Source of the DNA: Tubulanus polymorphus
Taxonomy: Eukaryota > Animalia > Nemertea
Assembly: GCF_964204645.1 (NCBI RefSeq)
Contig: NC_134029.1
Location: 5,704,001 to 5,768,000, forward strand
Length of the DNA: 64,000 nt
Reading direction: 5' to 3'
Shown: positions 28,602 to 40,600 of the stretch, one piece after another
Position numbering within the stretch: the first letter of the stretch is position 1
Layout of the letters: every line of letters begins with the position of its first letter
Notes under the pieces: generated by a model
Databases searched by the model: none
Told to the model about the DNA's origin: nothing
The model's input: only the letters and a program-made list of their open reading frames with translations
Position numbers and translations under genes: made by a program

Positions 28602-31600
28602 TCACCATTTGGCACTGCCATACTGTCTTGCGCTGTAAGTATACAAATGTATAGAAAGATAAGCCATTGTCGTTAGGTCAAGGAAAAAGTCCAGCCATCA
28701 TGCGCCATTCAATCACTCAGCACATTTTCAGCACCAGTTAGAATTTCTCATAGTATCGAATTGATGGGTTCGGCACACAGGCTAACAATGAGAAAAGAAA
28801 TAACTAAGGCAAAAATTCCAAACGGCGGCAGAGGCTTCGAGTGAGTAACACCTCATCCATGAACACCCAACAAATAATATGATGCGTCTGACATGCGTAT
28901 TTTTCTGTCAAAAATATTTTGACCTTTCGACAACCTTTTTACATCAAGTCGAAACCTGTTAATGTTTCACCAACAAACAACAATCCAATCAGGGAACCGC
29001 CGCTTAAAGAAAACCCCTATCAGATTACGTGTTGAACTAAAAGTCTTCAATAGAATTGCCCCAGTGATGCTTACAGTCCGAAGCAATCGCGTGCTCGAAG
29101 TTCCAGCGTCGACGATGATTTTCAATTAGCACAGTACGAGAAGATAGTGATTCATTGTTCGTTAATCAGCGAAACAACAAAATCACTAGTCTTCCAGTCC
29201 GGACTAATTATAACTCTCTTCCTTGATAATGAATGCTAGAGTGAATGAAATCAACGCTCACTGTTCATTCATTGCACAATAACACGACATAGGGTTCCGT
29301 TACTGGTAACTACTGTTCTAGGAGACTCGATAATCTTATCTCTGAAATGGGTCTCGACACCATCCGAAAAAATTAGAATATGCAAAATCATTACTATCAT
29401 TTCAATCAAAAAAGGCTAAATTCAAAAGGAGGCACTCCTGAGACTTTGTTTCAGAGTGGTGCACTCGGTACAAATGAATTAATCAATAGCGAAAGCGTTC
29501 ACTGAAGCCCAACTCTGCACAGACAACCAGGCCACAAGGTAATTATACAAAATATCAATAAATCAATCAATCGATTAGCGATCGATAACTCTTTCTCTAT
29601 ACACAGTTACAACTTTCGGTTTCTATGTTGAGATATTTTTATGAACACGATCTTTACAAATAGACATTGCCTCTTATACATCCAGATCCAGTATGAGATG
29701 AGTATGAAATGTCTGATTAAAAAGGCTCATCATTCGTCCTACACTTAAACTCGCTCAAATCATCATAGTTGGAATGATCATTTTGTGGACAATTTCCGGA
29801 AATTGAGTTGTAAATACAAATTCGGACCAACGAACTAGAGATTTCGATCGAGTTTGAGTGTATGAAACTAAGATTTTTAAACGCTAGATCGCACGAACAT
29901 TTTTCAAATTACCTTTGTTGTAGAAGGAATTGCGCGAATTGGATTTGTTCCGGAGTACCGGTGATGGTAATAATGCGATCGTTAGAATCGTCCTCTTCGT
30001 CGTTGATGGTGATCCCCGCGTTCGTTCTCGTGCGAATGTTCTGAATGCGACTGCCGTTTTTACCGATGATCGCACCGGCCATCTACAATACACACAAACA
30101 AATTCATTACTACCATACTTTTAGTAGTTACTTCTAAAACAATCAAGAGTCGAAGAGGAGCTGCGTACAAACTTGTATTTCTAACCCTGAGATCCATAGT
30201 CTCAAAGAATGCAAGAAATTTCTCAACTGGATTTTGGAAGTTGAAAGTTTACTACTTACATGGTTCGGAATGGTGACTTGCGTCATTTCTTTTCGACCGC
30301 CTGGGTTTTGTCCTCTGAACATCATTCCTTGGCTGCCTATTCCTCCGACAGTGTCCTGGTCAAAGTTCTCGCACATATTACTACCACCAATAGCTATAAT
30401 ATATAAACGCTTAACAAATGAAGAGTCCGTTTTGAAAGTAACAACCGAGCAACAAAAGTCATACGTTACTAAACTTTCCAATGGATATGTTTGCAAATTC
30501 CGCCTATTTGTCCATCAACTTTTTCCAATTTTCAAGTAATTAATGATGAACGAAGATAAGATTTTGAACCAGAGGCAGGAAAGAAGTCTTACAATAATTG
30601 TTCGATATCTAACGATCGACATATGAAAGACTAGTGGACGTACACTCCTCAGCAATTTTCCTACATGGAGATGTAGGTCTGTTTCAAATAGTCGGTTGGA
30701 AGTTTTCCTACATTATACATATATTTGATGAGGCAGCATTTATAGCCATGTATCGCATACAGCCTGCAGGCAAGGTGTGCCCGCATCTTGCCAGCAGAAC
30801 TGAGCTGTAATGCTGACACTGCAATCAATTCTGCAAATAATTCCACATTTTCTCGATGTTTAGCTTGTAATCGATAAAGCATTTACATATAACATGATAG
30901 AAACATCAAATGAAAATAGGATTGATTTCCGCAAACGGCTTTTTTGTTGTTGGGGTTGAATCGTAGTTCAGTAAAGACTTGCCAGTTAGCTTCAATATGT
31001 TCTTACACAACCAAGTAGATTCAATGCATCATTAAGCTAAAACTCATTGGCTCATTTCAGGTTATGAGATCACAGTAAGGTCGACTTCTGTAACTGCTAA
31101 CTTGATCAAAGAATTTGATCGCCAACATAGTAGTGGTTTATAACTCACCTCCCATAGCTCCACTATTTCCATAACCATCACCCATTCTACCTCCGCTGGA
31201 ATGATGAAGAATGAAAAAGTTTTACAAAAAGATCGAATAATTAAACACGGAAAACAAATGTCCTTCCATTTCTTCTTCGATGTTTCCTTCTTAACCGAAA
31301 GTTCCGATGTACGGTACATACCTCATTTGCATGTTCATTCCACCACGTCGGTTGCCGCCACCATCTCGGTCGCGTCCACCGCCATACCCTCCGCGGCCGC
31401 CTCCATCACGTCGGCCTCCACGGTCACCGCCACCTCTGCAGAACAAGAAACAAGCTGTGTTCATGAAATAATCAAAATAATGGTTTCTCACTTTGTTGAC
31501 TTAATTGAAACCAACCAAGTACCGGACCAGTAACTATAGATACAATTTAAAGCTTTGTTCAAGAATTCAACTGTTCTTTCTTCATTATCAACGCCCTGTT

Positions 31601-34600
31601 AATTCCTCGACATTTCTTACCTTCCTCGTCCGCCACGACCTCCGCGATCTCCGTAACTTCTTCCACCGCTTCGACCACCTCCGCGTTCCATGCCAACATG
31701 GCCGCCGTACTCATCGGCGCAGTATTCATTGGCGTTGTACGGATCGTACGGATTGCTCGGTCCTTTCGGCGGAGCTTGCTACAAAATACGACGACAAGTA
31801 TAAACTAAGACTCCATGTGTAACCCATAAAATATCCTTCGAAACCCTCTTTTCAACTGAATACTGAACAACATCCCGACATAAAACCCAATTTTCCTTTG
31901 TAGATAACACATTAACATATTATCATCTGCCAATCATCTGAACCAATCTTCGCAAATTATCAAGTTAACAAACACTGAGCGCTTCTTTGTGCCCTTAGAA
32001 AAGGCGACTATTAGGGCTGGGCCACCGAGCATTTTTCGCTTACGTTATGCAGAAGTTCGATGATCGTTCCGATGCAGTTGACGACGTCGACCGGTTTGTT
32101 GCCGATCAGAATCACTCGCTCAGTCGAATCCGGGCAACATTCGGAGAACACTTTGATCTTCGTATTCGTCTGCTCGCGAAGTTCCTTGATCTTGTAGCCG
32201 GCGCGACCGATGATACAGCCGGCCTGGCTCTGGTGAACGAGCATACGCAACTCGCAGTCGAAATCCATGTCTTTGTAGTTTTGATACTGAAATTGGAACG
32301 GCGTGAAATGACACTCAGAAGCGACATCTTAAAGCTTAAGGAAGGATTTTTTAATTTTGAAATAGGGATTGATATTGTAATCTATTCGATTGGTAAATTT
32401 CGTTTGATTAGGTTTGCCTTAAGGATTTTAGGTGCCTGACTGAACTTCTAGATTTCACAGATTTAGCTCTTTTTATAGTGTTAACACATACGAAAATGAA
32501 ATACTTTCAATTGCTGAGTTACTCTGATTGACATATGTGATACTGGGTCTTAAGCACAACTTTAATTTGTTTAATTCGTAACTGGATAAAAACAGGCCAA
32601 TCTTATCTGAATTCTTGTATGTTACGTGAAACCAGCGAATGTTTCGATAAATCTATTAAACAAGATTACAGAGTTCGAAGCTTCTCAATATTGACGATGT
32701 TCATTGAGCAGCATTTTCTCTGCTTTTTCTCAAGTAAAATATCTCGATCGGAAAATCAACTATCGAGGATAAACGACATTTCACCGAAAGATCAGTTGCT
32801 CCTTTTTGTGTACGTCGCACAAAAAGCCGACGACGAAAATAATTTCAAGGCTTCAACGACACTTACGTCTTCCAGGGTCGGGATGATGTCGAGCAAACAT
32901 TCGAGTACCGTTCCAAGGTGAGCGGAGATCGTCAAAATCCTGCAATTGATTTCGAACAGTACAGTGAGCGAGGCGAACACATCCACGGTAAAGGACAACA
33001 TTCTATACAAAGAGTTACTGACTATATATATATATAATGTTTATATATCTGGTATCTTTAGGCCAAGAAAATCATCATTTCAATTCAACAGTCATATACG
33101 CAACTAAGTTAATCGAATCTTAAACTATTTGACATCAGAGTTATTATCATAGATATACATAAAAAAGGCTGTTATTATCATAAGGCAAACTGATGAATAA
33201 TGTAAATAGATCTGAAGTGAAGATTCGATTAAAACCGCCACCGAGTTTCGGGCAATGCTGGCTGAGGTGTAATAGCACAGATTCCATACTTATGATTAAA
33301 AAAAAAAAACACCGTTTATGTGTAGCAATGTTTCGAAATATTATCACAGTTAATTTTGATATAAGATGGCGGTGGCAGAAAGAGATAGAGAGAGGTGCAC
33401 AGGGTTAGGATCTAGGTTCTCGATTGTCTCATTAATATCACATTAATTAAGCTGCTATGCCCCGATTATGACAATTATCTATCTAAAAACACATATGCAT
33501 TTCATTCGCATATGTATTTTATTCACATTGAACATATCTTAAAGAAATAAAGTCCGTTCAATCGCGGAAAAACGGAGAAGAAATAAATCGGCAGAAAATT
33601 TAGCTTCATAACGCCGTTTTCGCGAGAAACATTCACGCAAGAAAACGAACTCGAATTTCTATCAAAATGCAACGACTTCCACCAAATGCAACCACTTCTT
33701 TTCGTAATCGTCAATGAGGGCGATACATGTGTATGTTAATATAATATCAGTGCTTAAAGAGAATTTCTTCTTGAAAAAGCAAGTGATAGGAAAGAAATGT
33801 GTCTCGTCTGGACAAGTGGAAATGCGGTCGATTTACTTTCGAGATTAGATGCTTTTTTTAAAAAAACGATTTCAAAATTGAATTCATTCATGGATTTTGT
33901 CATTATCAACTTTCGAAATATTTTCATATAACGTCAAAATCGGGCAAGAGATGAAAGAAGATGGTCTCGGAAAATAGTGAATCAACGTTGTAATAATATT
34001 TTCTAATCGGTGGAGGACGGCAAAGAACGTCTTAAGACTATCATTCAATGATAACGATCACGATCATACCGAATAACGATTCGAATACAATGTAAAAAAA
34101 AAAAATAAATCAAAGAAAGACAACATGCGTAAGAAACATGATGATGACGGTTCTAACTGAACTAGCCAAAAACAGTATTACAGACACGAACGGTCGATTA
34201 AATGGTAAACGCCAAAGTAACATTCATCCAAAATATCACATAATCATGAATGACGCACGAATGAGATTTTTGTGTAGTCGAAAGCACAATGCAGTAGTAA
34301 TAAATAATCCGATTAACCGGTTTAAATAATGAGTTTTCACAAGAGGAAGCATTAGGATTTTTCAGCGACTGTATTTCTGCACAGTTTTCGTCTTTGCGCC
34401 AAAACCACGCCGCAATTCATCGATACAGACAGTGATGTCTCCATGAATTCCAGGAGCTGCAGTTGCTCAAAGGCTGGTTAACGATACCCGGACTCAGTTC
34501 CACAGTTGTGAGTTAGGGTTAACTCAGAGTCAAAATTAGTTCATTTTCAATTAGTTAACTCCGAGTAAAATCTTAACTCGCAACTGTGGAACTGGGTCCA

Positions 34601-37600
34601 GACCTATTAATACCATAGTAACGATGCAATTTTAATTGTCACTATGTCAACTATCCACTGGTTAACTAACTCTAACCAACTTATGAGCAACTGGGCCCAG
34701 TACAGACAATGATGTCTCTATGATTTTCAGATATTTTTTCCACAAACATTGCAAGGCGAAAAAAAAAACGTCGCCAATTTTCCCGCCGTAATTTCGTAAT
34801 TGGCACAGAGGCATCACTGTTGTCCTTTTCCGACATAGACGGCACGAGTTGGTAGTTTAGGGTGGACTAGACCGAAGGCCAAGGTCACGGACATGGCAGA
34901 AAAACAGTTCTTGAGCGGACGCTATTTTCATACGGTAGCTAGTTAAACTGGTTTAACAAATCAGGTCAAAAACCGTACGTTAAATCTGCATCATAAGGAA
35001 TAATAAGGAATTCATAGCGTACTAACAAGACGTTCTATACTAATAGCCCATTTCGATCCCGAATCGCCGATTAAAAAAGGAAGAACAATCAAGGAACACA
35101 GTGTTCAGGAAATAGTGTTTAAAAAAAATGGGCTAGAAGTATCATCAGTAAGGAAGCTATACAAAGATCAAATATTGTGCACATTGCCTACAATCTGCAA
35201 ATAGCAAAAATGGTGGCAGTAGATGCAATGGTTGGCAATTCTAGGATAAATAATAGACAATTATGATGACAATAATATGACAGTGATGATGATATATTGT
35301 TAAAACTGAGAAAAACAACAAACTACAGTGATTTTTTTTCGATTTTTTTTTTCGGCACTGTATCAGAAACAGAGCTCGAAAAACATTCCCCTTTTTTCCA
35401 AGGATGGTCTCGGATGCCACCCATCTCTCTTCAAGTTGAAAAACTGTCAAAATCGAAATAATGTCCAGAAATATTTGAAAAATGCGGTTAAGGAGAGAGA
35501 GAGAGGTGGCATCCGATGTCTGAAGGGTACTGGTACGTAGTACTAATAAAAATTTGATGATTGATATTATCAATGAGAGAGATGCATGGGTGTAAATTAC
35601 CGTTCTGGGCCTTGGGAATCGGGCACTTGAACACCGGCTTGGTACTGATGATGATACAGACCGAGGGCAAGCAGGCAGATCACAGGTCACGGGCGCACAG
35701 GTCACGGGCGATTGTCGACGGGCCGTGGACGTGGTGAATACAGGCACAGGCCATTTGTAGCAGTCAGCAGGCGGTTTGGCGTACGTAGTAGAGTGTGTGT
35801 GTGAACAGGCCGATGGGACCGGACGATGGACGACGCAGGACGTTTTCGGAGATCAGGAGAAAAAGGCAGATAAAAAATGGAAACAATGTGTTATTACGGG
35901 CAAATATAAACAATTAAAACAGAATCTATAAAGAGACAGAGAGAGAGAGAGGGCATGTAATAATATCATTAATATCATTAATATTGCAAACCGGTTACAA
36001 ACTCAGGTAATCATCAACGACATACTTAATCAATCATTAACAATATTAATTACGAAATATCTTTCGATCTATTTTGCTTCGACTTTTGTTTTTTATTTCT
36101 AGTTAAGTATATTTACTGAACTTAAACAAATCTATTCATACACGGTATACTAATATATTATCAGACTACCGAGGTTCGCGGCGAAATCGCGGGTTTTCGA
36201 AAAAACACAAGCCGAAAGTCTGATTGATTTTTCGATCATCGAATTCAGCCTGAACGAAAAAAAAAAATGCTCGAATTTCACCTTCGTAGGAATTTGATTA
36301 TTCTAATGCCGATTAATAGTTTTAGTCAGTTTAACCAGAAGTTACTGAAATGATGTTTTATCGTAAATAGTTTAATTATACATAAATATAAAATGCTGAA
36401 TATTCATGTAAAATGTTGATCTATCGTATTTTTTTCACTCTTCGTTATCACAATAATGATACTACTACGTTAAATCGCGTGTACTTACCTCGTTTCTCAG
36501 TCTCTTTATGTTGCTGCCGGCTTTTCCGATGATGGCTCCAGCATCCTAAAACGAAAATTCAAACATGCAGAATTTAATACCAGTCGGACTCATCGAATTG
36601 AACGCGCGCGCTAATTACATATACAAAGCCGAAAAATTGAAGAGCAAAAATCAAGCACCGATACTATATATAGATATATATATCGGTCTGCGTATTGAAT
36701 GGTTACAATCATCAATAATTCAAACGCTATTATTATACGAACAGAACAATACAGAGCGATTCAAAACTAGGATTCATTACATTGGACATGTTCGACAAAA
36801 TCGAAATAACCTAACAAGCGTTTACTGTCCCCCGAAAACTTACTCGTTCCAGCGGCCGAAAATGATCCGTAATAGAAAACGTACAGTATTTATCCATCAT
36901 CTACGACTTATCCAACGTCGCGAGGCGAATAAGAGAAATAATTCGCGCCCGGCTTCGATCGGTCGAGCAGAAGCCGGATCTCACCGGTTAAAACACGATC
37001 GCAAAGCGTCGGATTTATCCTCGTCCGGCGACAGTACATCCTCGTAGTAAAAATAAAACCCCGGCTATAATAAACCATTTATCCACAGCAGCAGCAGCAG
37101 CAGCAGTCGTAGTAGTAGTAGCAGGTCTAGGTGTGCACCGACTCAGGGTTATCCGGTCCTCTGTGGCGTCTACTCGTCGTTAACAAGCTTTATATGAACT
37201 CGCTACGACGCTTTGTCTGACAGCCACGTTGACAACTAAATGTTCCGCCCTCTAATGTTAACCACGCCCTTCGTCGCGTGAAGACCACACCCGAATCAAT
37301 TGTTCTCGCCAATCAAACATGCGTCGAGATAACGTTTCATTCAGTTTCCTCTATACGCGATGTATTGCGTATGTATCTCTAATGTACAATAGGAGAAAAC
37401 GCATCGATTGCCAGGAATTCTTTTTTCTCGGCGATCGATATTTTTTCTCTCGGCAATCGATATTTCTTTTCTTCGTTCGAGAGTTTCGTAAAAAAAAAAA
37501 ATAAATGTATCGAAAAATTTTCTGGTCACTGTTACGATATGTACGATATGCAATTGCAATACGCGTGATATATTGATGCCACGTAATGAGCGTTTACAAA

Positions 37601-40600
37601 TAAAATTCAATCGATTCAAAAACTCCTAAGTTCACAACGCAACTTTGACAGATACTCAGTTACTGGGGTAATCAATGAGAGACACATTGAAAATTCAAAC
37701 GTAATACGCAATAGTTATCAGATGGTTGGGAAAACAGTTTCATAAGGGGGCAGAGACTCATCTTTTTAGAAAACTTTTTACCTAATTGCTTTTTTTACAA
37801 ATGTCGTACTATCTGATTTCTATTTTGCACTATATGCACTGTGTGCGCTACCATCTATCTGAATTGTAGATCTTATATATTGTAGAGCGCCTTATAAACT
37901 CAAGAATAAGGCATTGTATATACATTTTATATAATGATAAAAATAATAATAATAATAATGATAGAATTTATAATTGACTAATCCTGGGTTTAGAATTAAA
38001 TGAAAGAAATGCAGATTTTGATTGATCTTAAATTCAAATGTGTCGGTTGCAAATAAATGTTACCTATGAAGATTTCGTTCGTCGTATATATGAAAAGCAA
38101 TGATCGTTCATAGCTGATGAATTTAATATCATTAAATCTGCATGAATACAGACATTTATCGTAATTCAAAACCGCCGAATTAATTAATTTCCGTCGCGCG
38201 AACGAGCGAAAGGTAAATCCGACCAAATTAGAAATAGCGACGCCCACCCGCCTGCCCGCTCGGGCGGTGGGCTCTGGCACCGGAAAAAAGGCCACCTGTT
38301 CACTAATGAATAATAGACGGTTCGACCACCGGGACATTCGAGTGACCATTAGTACGAACGTATGTCAGCGGTTATAACTGCATCATCGACATACGTATAA
38401 ACTATATAGAGGCACGTGCCTCGTTATCACGCTGACAATGGGCCACGAATTAACGCCGCCATGATGCGAACAATATGTGTTGGCCAGCGTCGAACAATGG
38501 AACCCATTTTCGGCGAGCAAACTCATAACTTCAATATCACCGGCCGATATCAAATATGAATGAATATGTAAACTCGCAAACTACGACCATTAACAATTCA
38601 TCGGTACATTGTAAATAAATAGAGCGGGTCGAATTCCAGGTCCACCGGCGCGATCGCAGGGTGGCCACTTTCAATTGACTCGCTTTTCACCCTGACTTTT
38701 ACCTGAAATGCACGTTGTTTTTTCTTTAACTCAATCTGCTAAGAATCCAATCAATCAACACAGCCAAATACGTAAGACATAAGACGGAAACTGATCGATT
38801 TTACGCGCGCATCTTCGAAAAGTTTCCCAGACTTTACCTGACATTTAGCCTTTTCACCAAATTCCCTGACTTTTTCCCCGACAAGAAATATTGCTCGACT
38901 TCTCCCTGATTTCCAGCATCCTGGATCGGTTTTTTGATTCAAAATACACCACCTAACACCCATCCCCCGTGAGAAAAACTGTAACGGCTGTGGTCACACC
39001 CATCATCATCATCCGGCGATGAGTCAATTAAGTTCGAATTGACACCGTCTAATGGAAGAGCTTGTCGACTCTTTTTCAACGCGCAGCGTCACGACGAAAT
39101 AAAAACACGCGCGGCGCGATTACGAAACGAACGCCGCGCGCGGTGAATATACCGTCAACGAGCGAGCGAGATAATGGCTAATGCGCTTCCGGGCGTGTAG
39201 TTCACCAGAAACCGTGTCCACGGACTTCCGCCCAATAGAGATAGCAGACCGACCAACAAATGACTAAACCGACGCTTTACGCACATTCCTTCGGTGTTCC
39301 GTCGTAAGGAGTTTCTGAAAAAGCTCGCTAATCTAAAGCCGTAGTCGCAGAAAAACCAAACTCCGCTCATCATTCATTTCGTGAATAGGTACCGCTAGAG
39401 TGATCCCGTATAATTGAAAAGATCTTTCTGCAATCGCAGAAAAAACCTGCTGCAGTTGAAAGCCAGGGCTGGCTCGCTCGCAGTCATGTCCTAATGTGGT
39501 GTTATATATCACGACTTGTCTTGAGATATGTTTAGATCTGGCTATAAAACCTAGACGGACCGACATGGTCTAACTGGACATGGTCTAACTGCGCAACTGG
39601 CTCTAGGTTTCGACGGCCAACACTAGAGTTTTGTTAAAAAGTTTGAGCTAGAGCTATCTCCAACACATGCAGAGACGATTCATGGTTAACAGTTCTCCTT
39701 CGGCCTAGACCATCAGGAAAAAGAAACGTTGAGCCTACTTAAAATACGCTAGGGCTGAGAGATTGAAAAAATATATAACATCAACATGAATATTACCTTG
39801 CTTTGGATGAGAATACGCAAATCGTACTTGGGACCTTCTCCTCTGCATTTCTTCAGATTGGGATTATGGACATGCGTGTCATCTTCAGCCTGGCGTTTCA
39901 TACCACGTTGTTCTGAAATGGTGCATAAAAACATGAGAATTGAAAAAGAAAATCGGCGTTCAGCTGTAACCATTACTAAATAAGAAGAGGTGATTGCTCC
40001 CTTGGCGTATTTTATCATCGAAACAGGAAAACCCGAATATGAGCATCATTGATATGTGAGATGAGTGTCAGTTGGTGGTGGCATGTTATTTGAAATTCGA
40101 AACCAAGTCGTACTAATGAAAGAAATATAATCCCGGCCTACTGTAGGGTGTGGTGTGTATGAATACCCAGCAATAATTATAGGTCTTCTTAGTACAATGA
40201 CTGAAGCGACAGTCATTTTCAATATGGAGTTATATAACTAGCAACGTAGAAATTACGATACTTTCATGAGTTTATATGAAGGAAGAGCTTGAACGGCTTA
40301 CATTAATACATTTCTTTATCTAAAGTACCGTTAAATCACATAAGAACCAGTAATCATGAATTGATACATATTCTGGCGTACTGACAATCATTTTTGGCGT
40401 AAAAAAAAATGTAACGAATAAGGACGAATCAGACGTATGGGTTGCATGTACGTGACTAAAATGTTAAACCAACAAATTAAGTTAGGAACTCGGTTTAGCG
40501 AGTTAAAAATCTAACCCGCTACAGGGGAATTTCTACGATATGAATGTATTTAAGACGGTTTAAACGGATCGCAGACCAGTCGTTAAAGCCGATCGGACAT

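Noticed and set aside
30050-30066. Apparent frameshift in hnRNP K KH3 suggested by the ORF track ([10 protein letters not shown]...)
   Set aside because: The run has five A's (GGT AAA AAC GGC); the spliced frame reads GKNG and is intact.
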